From contig JAIXQT010000249.1 in assembly GCA_027485595.1 (NCBI GenBank), positions 5,320-69,319 of the forward strand: DNA of 64,000 nucleotides, read 5' to 3'. This stretch comes from Pseudomonadota bacterium. GTDB taxonomy: Bacteria; Bdellovibrionota_C; UBA2361; OMII01. This document shows positions 19,336 to 27,876 of this stretch, piece after piece (the stretch's first letter is position 1; each line of letters opens with the position of its first letter). Made by a program: the position numbers and the translations under genes. The notes under the pieces were generated by a model that saw nothing but the letters and a program-made list of their open reading frames with translations, did not search any database and was not told the DNA's origin.

Positions 19336-20321
19336 TGTCCGCGCGACTCGCCGTCATCGGAAGTTTCGTTCAAGACCTCGCCTTCACCGTCGGAAGCTTT
19401 CCGGCACCAGGACAAACCATCATCGGCAATTTCTTTACCGGTCCTGGAGGAAAAGGGTCAAATCAAGCGGTGGCGGCACATCGACAAAATATTCCATCTC
19501 TCTTTGTCGGATGCGTAGGAGATGACCTCTTTGCTGACGGTTATCGCGAGTGGTGCGCTCGAGAGGGTCTTCCCATTCAGCTCCTCACAGCTCCCGGCAC
19601 ACCTTCTGGAGCGGCATCCATCGTGATAAACGAAAAAGCCGAGAACGCAATCGTCGTAGCTCTTGGGGCAAACGACGCGCTGACATCTGAACACGTGCTG
19701 AGCGTACTCGAACGGGAATCACAACTCTCTGTTATTCTCCTGCAGGCAGAAAGCAACCTCAATGCGGCCGAGTCCGCGCTCTCTTACGCTCAGAAGAAGG
19801 GCATAACCTCTATCCTCAATCCTGCCCCGATTAATCCCGGCGTGACACCCTCACTTCTCTCCTTGGCGAACTACATCACCCCGAACGAAACTGAATTGAG
19901 CTTTCTCCTCGAGCATATCGCGGGCATCACTTGCAACGAGGACCTCCCCAAGCTCTCCGATCAATCGATTCGAGAGGTATGCGACCATCTGCCAAACACA
20001 TCAGTGCTCATGACCCTCGGAGCTCATGGCTCTATCTTGTACCAACGGGAGGAGCGCCCTCCCGGAATTAGTGGGGTGACGAAAGGCGAGATTCTTCGGA
20101 CTCCAGCAGTTCATGTGCAACCGATCGATACCACCGGAGCTGGTGACGCGTTTAACGGCGGACTCGCGGCCGGACTCGTGAAATTTAACGGAAATCTCCC
20201 TCAAGCTATTCGGTACGCAACCGTTGTCGCCAGTCTCTCAACGGAGAAGATGGGAACAGCGCCCGCCATGCCATATGAGCACGAGGTTTCTAAACACCAA
20301 TCGTTTTATCTTTACGTATAA
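19335..20321 (+). CDS. rbsK: Ribokinase (PfkB family)
   Basis: GPGGKGSNQAVAA and DTTGAGDAFNGGLAAGL motifs. 1-nt overlap with the upstream gene. Confidence 0.82.
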   Translation: MSARLAVIGSFVQDLAFTVGSFPAPGQTIIGNFFTGPGGKGSNQAVAAHRQNIPSLFVGCVGDDLFADGYREWCAREGLPIQLLTAPGTPSGAASIVINEKAENAIVVALGANDALTSEHVLSVLERESQLSVILLQAESNLNAAESALSYAQKKGITSILNPAPINPGVTPSLLSLANYITPNETELSFLLEHIAGITCNEDLPKLSDQSIREVCDHLPNTSVLMTLGAHGSILYQREERPPGISGVTKGEILRTPAVHVQPIDTTGAGDAFNGGLAAGLVKFNGNLPQAIRYATVVASLSTEKMGTAPAMPYEHEVSKHQSFYLYV

Positions 20322-20333
20322 AAAGGAAGGACT

Positions 20334-20609
20334 ATGCCGTACATCGGGAGAAAAGATCGAAAGCAGTACCAAGAGGTACTCAACGCGTTGGCCGAGCTTG
20401 TACCACAAGATCGGATGCAACGACCTGGCCACATGAACTACATCGTTAGCCTTCTCATCGAAAAGGTATACGGCAAAGAGCTCCGCTATGCCGACCACAA
20501 CGAGGTTGTTGGCGTCCTTAACTGCATCGCGCTTGAGTTCTATCGTAGAAAGACCGCGCCGTATGAGGATGTGAAGATCGGGGAGGAGGGGGATCTTACG
20601 GATTTGTAA
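20334..20609 (+). CDS. Hypothetical 91-aa protein
   Basis: A good SD (aaggaaggact) precedes the ATG, and the gene starts 12 nt after the rbsK stop. I recognised no family. Confidence 0.55.
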   Translation: MPYIGRKDRKQYQEVLNALAELVPQDRMQRPGHMNYIVSLLIEKVYGKELRYADHNEVVGVLNCIALEFYRRKTAPYEDVKIGEEGDLTDL

Positions 20610-20615
20610 ACAATT

Positions 20616-20741
20616 CACCCGGAGGGCCCGTCTCCTGACGGGCCGGAAGGCGCGGTCGCCGTTACGATTCGCGTATTCCGTTGCGATTCAATTCGATAGA
20701 TCAAACATACCCGGCCCGTAAGGATACGGGCCCTCCGGGTG
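20616..20741. repeat. Paired-hairpin inverted repeat between convergent genes (possible bidirectional terminator)
   Basis: Perfect 16-nt inverted repeat cacccggagggcccgt (20616-20631) / acgggccctccgggtg (20726-20741). Each arm has its own GGCCCGT-6nt-ACGGGCC hairpin (20625-20644 and 20713-20732). A ~17-nt tandem repeat (ccgttacgattc / ccgttgcgattc) lies between them. Confidence 0.75.
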
Positions 20742-20750
20742 CCGCACCGA

Positions 20751-23195
20751 CTACCCCAACACCAACTTCGCAAACCGATACACTAACTTCTTCGGCTCAT
20801 CGAACGAATCGAACTTCACCGTAACGTTGGCGGTGTTGCCACTTCCCTTGACGCTCTCAACACACCCTTTACCGAACGTTGGGTGAATCACCTCAACCCC
20901 GGGGGCAAGCTGCTCGAACACCGCGGAGGGCTTCCCATGATATTCCTCAGGAGTTTTTGACTCCTGCTTCATAGCGTCGGCGGGCATCAAGAGATTGCGA
21001 ATCTGATCGAGTGATACGTTCGTCTTCGATGAGTACGTTGGCTGAGCATCATCACGGGAAGGGTACTTCTTTTTTCGGCGCCACGTGTTCGAGTAATCAT
21101 CCTCGATACGGGTATCGATATCGTCATCATCGTCAAACGAGAACCGAGGGTACCCCTCAATGAATGATGCGCCCTGTGAACGCTCCGTTCCCACGGCGGT
21201 TAAACTCTTCGGATCGATATCCTTAGCGAAGCGGCTCACCACTCGGGCGCCACCAGCGCTTCCCGCGCTTCCACCAGCCGCGAACATACCGCGATTGTGG
21301 GCGCGACTAAGATAGAGAACCTTCATCGCTCGAGTAATGCCCACGTAACAGAGCCGTCGCTCCTCTTCGAGTCCAACAACGTCATCGAGGGAACGGTAGT
21401 GAGGGAGGAGCCCCTCCTCCATCCCCGCAAGGAAAACCACCGGAAACTCCAATCCCTTTGCAAGGTGAAGGGTCATCAGCGAAACCGTATCGGTCTTTTG
21501 ATTCGGATCGTTCGCTCCTGCCTCACCCGCCGGCACATCAGCGCTTGAGGTCAGCGAGATACGATCAAGGAAGTCCTTCATGACCTCTTCGGTCGAGGTC
21601 TCAGGCCTCTCCATGGTGCGACCGAGCGACTCTAACTCTTGTAAGTTCTCTATTCGGGATTGAGCTGTCGGGTCCTTCATCGCGGCCAAGCGTGGGCCGT
21701 ACTCAGTCTTCTCGACGATGAATCCGAGGAACTCTCCGAGCTTCATCGTCTGAGCCGCCTGCTTCAGCTCCCCCATTAACTCAACGAACTTCTTTACGTG
21801 CTTGTTCGACTGAGCAACCGTAACTGAGGCGTGCAAAAACGGCATCGATGTCTCTCGAGCCTCATCAGCTATAGCCTGGACGGCCTGAGCGCCGATACCG
21901 CGAGGTGGAGTATTCACGACCCTCTGAAAAGCCTGATTGTCGGCTGGATTTATGAGGAGCCGCACGTAACCAAGGATGTCCTTAACCTCCTTACGGTCAA
22001 AGAACTTTAAACCTCCGAAGATCTTGTACGGAATCTTTCCGCGCACTAGCGATTCCTCAAGCGCTCGAGTTTGCGCGTTCGTTCGATAGAGGATCGCCAT
22101 CTCAGAGTGCTTATACCCTTGGGTAATGAGCTTACGAATCTCAGAGGTTATGAACTCAGACTCTTGGTTCTCATCGTAGCCGATGAAGGTTCGGATCGGG
22201 TCGCCATCGTCTCCCGCAGTCCAGAGCTTCTTTGCCTTACGAGATTTATTCTTCTCGATGACGGCGTGAGCCGCGTTGAGGATAGTGCCGGTCGAGCGAT
22301 AGTTCTGCTCAAGCTTCACAACTTTAGTGTTCGGATAGTCCTTCTCGAACTCCAGGATGTTGCTGATGGTCGCTCCTCGGAATCCGTAAATCGACTGGTC
22401 ATCATCACCAACCACGAAGAGATTTCTCCGAGGCTCCGCCAGTAGGCGGATAAACATGTACTGAACCTTGTTTGTGTCCTGAAACTCATCCACCAAGATG
22501 TAGTGAAGGGTTCGACGGTAGTAATCCAACACCTCAGGAAACTCCCGCAACACTCGTACGGTGTTAACCAGGAGGTCGCCGAAATCCATCGCGTTGGCCG
22601 CAAGCAGGACCTTTTGATAGCGGTCGTACACCTGCGCCTGCAGGTCAGTCTCAATACTGGAGGCCCGCTGACCAGCCTCGGCAGGAAGGATGTAGTTATT
22701 CTTAAACTTGTCGATAGCGCGCGAGAAGGTGTCGAGAGGATACCGGTCCTCATTAATGTTGAGGTCCTTCAACACCTGCTTCAGCACCCCCTTCGTATCT
22801 TGGTCATCGTAGATAACGAACTGATTGCTATACGAAAGGCGCGACGCGTTGTGACGAAGAATTCTTAAACCTGCTGAGTGGAAGGTAGTTATCCACAGAT
22901 TTTCCCCATCTGTGCCTAACAGGGAGTGCAACCGTTCGCGCATCTCCTGCGCGGCTTTGTTGGTGAAGGTGACCGCAAGAATACGAGAGGCGAAGACTCC
23001 CTGCTCAAGAATTAGCTGAGCTACTCGATGCGTAAGCACACGGGTCTTTCCACTTCCCGCACCAGCGAGAACGAGGATCGGCCCATCTCCATGAACCACT
23101 GCCTCCGCTTGAGGGTCGTTGAGCCCCTTGGTCAGGTTAGGTTGTGGTCGGGAAGAATCCTCTGGAGAGAACATCTGAGCTTGTTCGCTAATCAT
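20751..23195 (-). CDS. uvrD: UvrD/PcrA-type ATP-dependent DNA helicase
   Basis: LAGAGSGKTRVLTHR, VDEFQDTN, QNYRST and TLHLAKGLEFPVVF motifs. The start is uncertain (Met at 23195 or 23174; the ORF extends to 23276). Confidence 0.9.
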   Translation of the reverse strand: MISEQAQMFSPEDSSRPQPNLTKGLNDPQAEAVVHGDGPILVLAGAGSGKTRVLTHRVAQLILEQGVFASRILAVTFTNKAAQEMRERLHSLLGTDGENLWITTFHSAGLRILRHNASRLSYSNQFVIYDDQDTKGVLKQVLKDLNINEDRYPLDTFSRAIDKFKNNYILPAEAGQRASSIETDLQAQVYDRYQKVLLAANAMDFGDLLVNTVRVLREFPEVLDYYRRTLHYILVDEFQDTNKVQYMFIRLLAEPRRNLFVVGDDDQSIYGFRGATISNILEFEKDYPNTKVVKLEQNYRSTGTILNAAHAVIEKNKSRKAKKLWTAGDDGDPIRTFIGYDENQESEFITSEIRKLITQGYKHSEMAILYRTNAQTRALEESLVRGKIPYKIFGGLKFFDRKEVKDILGYVRLLINPADNQAFQRVVNTPPRGIGAQAVQAIADEARETSMPFLHASVTVAQSNKHVKKFVELMGELKQAAQTMKLGEFLGFIVEKTEYGPRLAAMKDPTAQSRIENLQELESLGRTMERPETSTEEVMKDFLDRISLTSSADVPAGEAGANDPNQKTDTVSLMTLHLAKGLEFPVVFLAGMEEGLLPHYRSLDDVVGLEEERRLCYVGITRAMKVLYLSRAHNRGMFAAGGSAGSAGGARVVSRFAKDIDPKSLTAVGTERSQGASFIEGYPRFSFDDDDDIDTRIEDDYSNTWRRKKKYPSRDDAQPTYSSKTNVSLDQIRNLLMPADAMKQESKTPEEYHGKPSAVFEQLAPGVEVIHPTFGKGCVESVKGSGNTANVTVKFDSFDEPKKLVYRFAKLVLG

Positions 23196-23306
23196 GAAAG
23201 GTAGTAGTCCAAATCTTAAACAAAAAAGGGAGATGAAACATCTCCCTCCGGCTACAAAAGCCGACGATACCTCCACAGAGAATCGCTGTACATTGCTCCG
23301 TTCGTC

Positions 23307-23492
23307 TTATCGTAACCGACGAGCTACTTGTTGCCCCTGGAGCGAAACTTTAGGGAGTGAAACTTTAGCGACACCATATACCTCGCCAAGTTGTCCGTGC
23401 GGCATCGCCTGACAGAGAAGCTTTGCGATGAAGGCAAGCGTAAGTACAGCGCACACGAAGTCGATTCCCAGTACCAATAAATCGTTACCCAT
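23307..23492 (-). CDS. Possible small membrane protein (61 aa)
   Basis: ATG at 23492 is preceded by GGAGGG with a 5-nt spacer. Hydrophobic N-terminus LLVLGIDFVCAVLTLAFIAKLL. It lies directly upstream of uvrD on the same strand. No homology recognised. Confidence 0.35.
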   Translation of the reverse strand: MGNDLLVLGIDFVCAVLTLAFIAKLLCQAMPHGQLGEVYGVAKVSLPKVSLQGQQVARRLR

Positions 23493-23641
23493 GATGTCCC
23501 TCCACAAATCGTTTCTATAGTTTTTCTATAGCAGAGCGCGGCGCCTTTCAAGTCTTTTTCTATATCTAATCGAAATATTAGAATGCCACAGCATTTCGCA
23601 CCTAAGTTCAGGCGGTTAATCAATAAAACAGGGGTGTATCG

Positions 23642-24271
23642 GTGCTTTCAAAGGGGCAAACTGCTAGTGTAGCCCCCATGGCGGACTACAATCGTAAAGA
23701 CCATCTCTACCACAAGGCCAAGGAGGAGGGATTCGAATCCCGCGCTGCCTATAAGCTCATTGAGATTCAGCAAACCTATAAGGTCATTCCTCACGGAGGC
23801 CACGTTCTCGACGTCGGCGCCTGGCCAGGAGGATGGACTCAGGTGTCCCTCGATATCGTGGGGCCCAAAGGAGCTGTCACCGCTATCGATCTCGTTCCTA
23901 TCGAATCTATTGGAGACCCTCGGTGCACGTGTATCACCGGAGATGCTCGTGATTTAGAGGAGATCCTCGGACATCCCGGGCCATGCTTCGATGCTGTAAT
24001 CTCGGATATGTCACCGAAACTGACCGGCATTAAAGAAGCCGATCAGGCGGGAACGGTGGCATGCGCCGAACTTGCCCTTTATGTTGCGCAGCAACTTTTG
24101 AAGAAAGGGGGCAGCTTCGTCGTCAAAGTATTTAAAGGTGGACAAGTAGAGGGGTTTGTCAAATCCGCTAGGCCCATGTTTAATAAGTTGGTCCGGTCTG
24201 AGTTAAAGTCGACCCGAGCAACCTCCAACGAGTTCTATGTGATAGGCCTCGGATTTAAAGGCACCAGGTAA
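23642..24271 (+). CDS. rlmE: 23S rRNA 2'-O-ribose methyltransferase RlmE (FtsJ)
   Basis: SRAAYKLIEIQ and VLDVGAWPGGWTQV SAM-binding motif. An alternative ATG start exists at 23678. Confidence 0.9.
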   Translation: MLSKGQTASVAPMADYNRKDHLYHKAKEEGFESRAAYKLIEIQQTYKVIPHGGHVLDVGAWPGGWTQVSLDIVGPKGAVTAIDLVPIESIGDPRCTCITGDARDLEEILGHPGPCFDAVISDMSPKLTGIKEADQAGTVACAELALYVAQQLLKKGGSFVVKVFKGGQVEGFVKSARPMFNKLVRSELKSTRATSNEFYVIGLGFKGTR

Positions 24272-24285
24272 CAATCGAAGGAAGC

Positions 24286-25077
24286 ATGAACCTCGTCGCA
24301 ACCACCGAGCGCTTTGGTAACTTCATCATCTCCACAACCGAGCAGTGGGGGCGCTCGTGGATCTTCCTCTATAGAACCCTCGTCGCTCTCATCAAGCCTC
24401 CGTATCGACCGTTCCTTTACCTCCAACAGTTGATGATGATCGGCGTAAACTCCACGCTCGTTATCGCGCTTATCGGCCTCTTCACCGGTGCGGTGTTAGC
24501 CGTTCAGGGTGAGTATACCCTAGCCAAGTTTGGAGCTACCGCGTATACCGGCCCCGCCGTCGCATTGAGCTTAATTCGAGAGCTTGGACCCGTACTCACC
24601 GCGCTCATGCTGATCGGTCGAGCTGGTTCCGCGGTGACCGCGGAGCTTGGCATCATGCGCATCACCGAGCAGGTCGACGCGCTGCGCTCGATGGCTGTCG
24701 ATCCGATAAAGTACCTCATGGCTCCCCGTCTCGCCGCGGGCCTCATCGCGATGCCCCTCCTCTGCGCTATTTTCAACGTAGTAGGTATCTTCGGTGGCTA
24801 CTGCGTCGCGGTTGGACTCCTTGGTCTCAGCTCTGGAACGTTCATGAGCGAGATGACCTCAGCTGTCGGTCTCGTCGACGTTAAATCGGGGTTTATTAAA
24901 TCCGCTGTCTTTGGACTGATCTTTGGATGGGTGAGCTGCTACAAAGGGTACACCTGCGGATTCGGCGCTCAAGGAGTGAACAAAGCGACCACGCAATCAG
25001 TGGTAACGGCCTCGGTCGCTGTTCTTATCGTAGACTACTTCCTCACAAGCGTTCTTACCCGCGTGTTCATGGACTAA
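24286..25077 (+). CDS. mlaE: Mla-type ABC transporter permease
   Basis: 263-aa polytopic protein of the MlaE/Ttg2B type, followed by the ATPase, the MCE protein and the MlaC-like protein. Confidence 0.85.
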   Translation: MNLVATTERFGNFIISTTEQWGRSWIFLYRTLVALIKPPYRPFLYLQQLMMIGVNSTLVIALIGLFTGAVLAVQGEYTLAKFGATAYTGPAVALSLIRELGPVLTALMLIGRAGSAVTAELGIMRITEQVDALRSMAVDPIKYLMAPRLAAGLIAMPLLCAIFNVVGIFGGYCVAVGLLGLSSGTFMSEMTSAVGLVDVKSGFIKSAVFGLIFGWVSCYKGYTCGFGAQGVNKATTQSVVTASVAVLIVDYFLTSVLTRVFMD

Positions 25078-25080
25078 TCG

Positions 25081-25830
25081 ATGATATCGGTTCAGAACGT
25101 TTGCAAACGGTTTGGCTCCCAGGTTGTCCTCGACGGCGTGAGCATCGAGATAGAGCCCGGAAAAACGACGACCGTTGTTGGACCGAGCGGAGTAGGGAAG
25201 TCAGTACTCTTAAAGCTCATCATGGGCATAATGACACCTGACGCGGGCGAGATTTACATCGGTGGCGACAACATCACCAAAGCGAGATCCGAAGCATCGA
25301 AGAACGAGATTCGCAAACAGCTTGGTGTGCTCTTTCAATCGGCAGCTCTCTTTGACTCCCTTACTATTTACGACAATATCGCCTTTCCTCTCCTTGAGCG
25401 TTCTCGACTCAGTTCCTCAAAAGCCCACACCAAGGTACTCGACATCGCGGAGTCGTTAAGCCTTGGGCCCTACCTCTCGAACTACCCGGAGCAGGTCTCC
25501 ATCGGCATTCGAAAGCGGGTCGGCATGGCTCGAGCACTTATTACCGAACCAAAAATCCTTCTGGTCGACGAGCCGAACACGGGCCTTGACCCTCTCGATG
25601 GTCAAGAGGTGTATGATTTGATAAATGCATGTAAGAATCAGTGGGGATTTACAGGCTTAGTGATAAGCCACGAGCTCCCTGAAGTGTTTCAGGTATCAGA
25701 GCGAGTGGCCATGATACTCGGCGGTAAAATTATCGCCGAGGGCACCCCAGCCGAGATGATAGCGTCTACTGATCCTGCGGTGCAGCAATTCCTGAATGGG
25801 AGAACGGATGGACCAATCAAAATTCAATAA
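25081..25830 (+). CDS. mlaF: Mla-type ABC transporter ATP-binding protein
   Basis: GPSGVGKS Walker A, LLVDEPNTGLD Walker B, and its position after mlaE. Confidence 0.88.
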   Translation: MISVQNVCKRFGSQVVLDGVSIEIEPGKTTTVVGPSGVGKSVLLKLIMGIMTPDAGEIYIGGDNITKARSEASKNEIRKQLGVLFQSAALFDSLTIYDNIAFPLLERSRLSSSKAHTKVLDIAESLSLGPYLSNYPEQVSIGIRKRVGMARALITEPKILLVDEPNTGLDPLDGQEVYDLINACKNQWGFTGLVISHELPEVFQVSERVAMILGGKIIAEGTPAEMIASTDPAVQQFLNGRTDGPIKIQ

Positions 25831-26344
25831 CCCTCAAGGCGGCCCGCAACTGACGGTCCCCAAACGAAGCTTCTCATTAGAGTTCTTCGTAGGGCTCTTC
25901 ACAGCCGCCGGCGTAGGTGCCGCGGCTTATCTTGCGGTCGGGCTCGCCGGCTTAGAGCTCAGCTCAAAGGACACTTACCTGGTCTATGCTGAGTTCGATA
26001 ACATCTCGGGCTTAAAGTACGGGGCGTCTGTTGAGATTGCGGGAGTTCCTATCGGTGTTGTTTCCGATATCTCCCTCAAGGACCCTGTTGCTCGAGTTAC
26101 ACTTAAACTTAACCGCTCGATTAAGTTAAAGGACGACGACATCGCCTCAATCAGAACCAAGGGTATTATCGGTGACCGCTACGTGAAGGTCTCGCGCGGC
26201 GCGTCTACTGACTACATCCCTGAGGGTGGAACGATGACCGAAACTGAGTCGGTAATCGATATCGAGGATGTAATCGGCAAAGTTGTCCACAGCCTAGGCG
26301 GAGACAAGGACGAAGAACCGAAAACAGAAGAAGCTAAAAAATAA
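25808..26344 (+). CDS. mlaD: MCE-domain protein MlaD
   Basis: N-terminal TM followed by an MCE domain (GLKYGASVEIAGVPIGVV). ATG at 25808 is preceded by GGGAG. Confidence 0.85.
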   Translation: MDQSKFNNPQGGPQLTVPKRSFSLEFFVGLFTAAGVGAAAYLAVGLAGLELSSKDTYLVYAEFDNISGLKYGASVEIAGVPIGVVSDISLKDPVARVTLKLNRSIKLKDDDIASIRTKGIIGDRYVKVSRGASTDYIPEGGTMTETESVIDIEDVIGKVVHSLGGDKDEEPKTEEAKK

Positions 26345-26388
26345 GTAAGAACATCTCTCTAAGAACAACAAAACGGGGAAGAACTAGT

Positions 26389-26976
26389 ATGGCAATCAAA
26401 ATTTTTACGGCGCTCGTAGCCGCCCTCACACTCTCCATGAGCTCTCTGTGCCAGGCTGAGACATCATCTCCGAAATCGGAGATTCAAAAGACCATCGACA
26501 GCATCATCGCAACAGTTCAAGCAAATCCAGGGGATGCCGCTAAGCCTGCGCGACGAGAGAAGCTTCGCGAGATCATTAATCCTAAGTTTGACTTCGATGA
26601 GATGTCTCGGCGCTCTCTTGGCTCAAACTGGAACGAGATAACTCCAGCGGAGCAAAAAGATTTTACAACGGTATTCTCAGAACTCCTCGCTCGCACCTAC
26701 CTCTCCAAGATTGAAACCGTTAAACCAGGGATGGTTAAAGTTGAGAGCGAGCAGGTTGAGGGAGCTAAGGCAGTTGTTAAGACCGTGGTCTTAAGCCAAG
26801 GCGACACCTTCCCAATCGACTACAAGATGATGTACCGAGACAACGGATGGCGTGTGTACGACGTTGTTATCGAGAACATAGGTCTCGTCGCAAACTACCG
26901 TAACGAGTTCTCGGGGATTATCCGTAAGGACAAGTTCTCTGGGCTCATGGAAAAGCTCCGGGCTAAAGTTAAGTAA
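26389..26976 (+). CDS. mlaC: Periplasmic phospholipid-binding protein MlaC (Ttg2D-like)
   Basis: Signal peptide, a ~195-aa Ttg2D-like sequence and the operon context. Confidence 0.8.
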   Translation: MAIKIFTALVAALTLSMSSLCQAETSSPKSEIQKTIDSIIATVQANPGDAAKPARREKLREIINPKFDFDEMSRRSLGSNWNEITPAEQKDFTTVFSELLARTYLSKIETVKPGMVKVESEQVEGAKAVVKTVVLSQGDTFPIDYKMMYRDNGWRVYDVVIENIGLVANYRNEFSGIIRKDKFSGLMEKLRAKVK

Positions 26977-26984
26977 TGTAGGCT

Positions 26985-27818
26985 GTGAGAGCGTTAGAAG
27001 GCATTCGAAGATACACCATCGCATCGCTCCTAACGCTCTCCACGCTCGGATGCGCTCCAACCCTCGATGATTTCGAATCGGTTCCTCTACGAAGCCCGAT
27101 TCACCGCTACGCTATCGCGCACCGTGGCTCACTCCATGAAGGACTTCCCGACAACTCGATACCCGCCCTTAAAGATTCCATCTCGAAGGGGGTGCAATTT
27201 CTTGAAGTAGACGTCCGAAGAGGCGCGGATGGCGAGCTCTTCCTCTTTCACGACGGCTCACTTCAAGAATCAAACTACTCATATCCACAAGAACTAGTCG
27301 GAAAGCCGGTCCAAGAGTTATCCACAGGTGACCGTGGAAAAGTCCGTCTCGATTCAGCCGGGCTTATAGGAATACCAACTCTCAAAGAGGCTCTTGTGAC
27401 GCTCGACGCAAACAAATCAGCGACGCTTCAACTCGATCTGAAAGGCGAATCAGACCAGCTTCTAGACACCGCCCTGAGAGTTCTTAAACAAGAGAAGAAA
27501 ATCTCGCGCGCTATCATCCAACTTAAGAGCCCTGAGCGTATCCAGCGAATTCGAGCTCAAGAGCCTGAAGTACGAGTTCTCGCTCGTGTGCGTGATATGG
27601 AGCAGCTAGAAAAAGCGATAGCAGCCAAGGTAGAGTTCGTTGAACTTGAGCGATGGATTACGGGAGAAGCTGTGGAAAAGTGTCATGCGGCGAAAATCTC
27701 CGTTGTTCTTAATGTCGCTGCCCCGCGATACGACTCGAAAGAAACCTGGGATTTCTTTCGAGCAAGAGGGGTTGATTCGCTCATGACAGACAACGCGGTA
27801 GCAGCCCTTCAGAATTGA
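26985..27818 (+). CDS. Glycerophosphodiester phosphodiesterase family lipoprotein
   Basis: Lipobox-like LSTLGC, then AHRGS...ENS-type PDNSIPA and FLEVDVRRGADGELFLFHD (GDPD catalytic motifs). Confidence 0.8.
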   Translation: MRALEGIRRYTIASLLTLSTLGCAPTLDDFESVPLRSPIHRYAIAHRGSLHEGLPDNSIPALKDSISKGVQFLEVDVRRGADGELFLFHDGSLQESNYSYPQELVGKPVQELSTGDRGKVRLDSAGLIGIPTLKEALVTLDANKSATLQLDLKGESDQLLDTALRVLKQEKKISRAIIQLKSPERIQRIRAQEPEVRVLARVRDMEQLEKAIAAKVEFVELERWITGEAVEKCHAAKISVVLNVAAPRYDSKETWDFFRARGVDSLMTDNAVAALQN

Positions 27819-27876
27819 CGATTCTTTCAGGGTGCAAAGAGCCACTAAAAGAACTCGTCTTCATGTATGAAATTGT

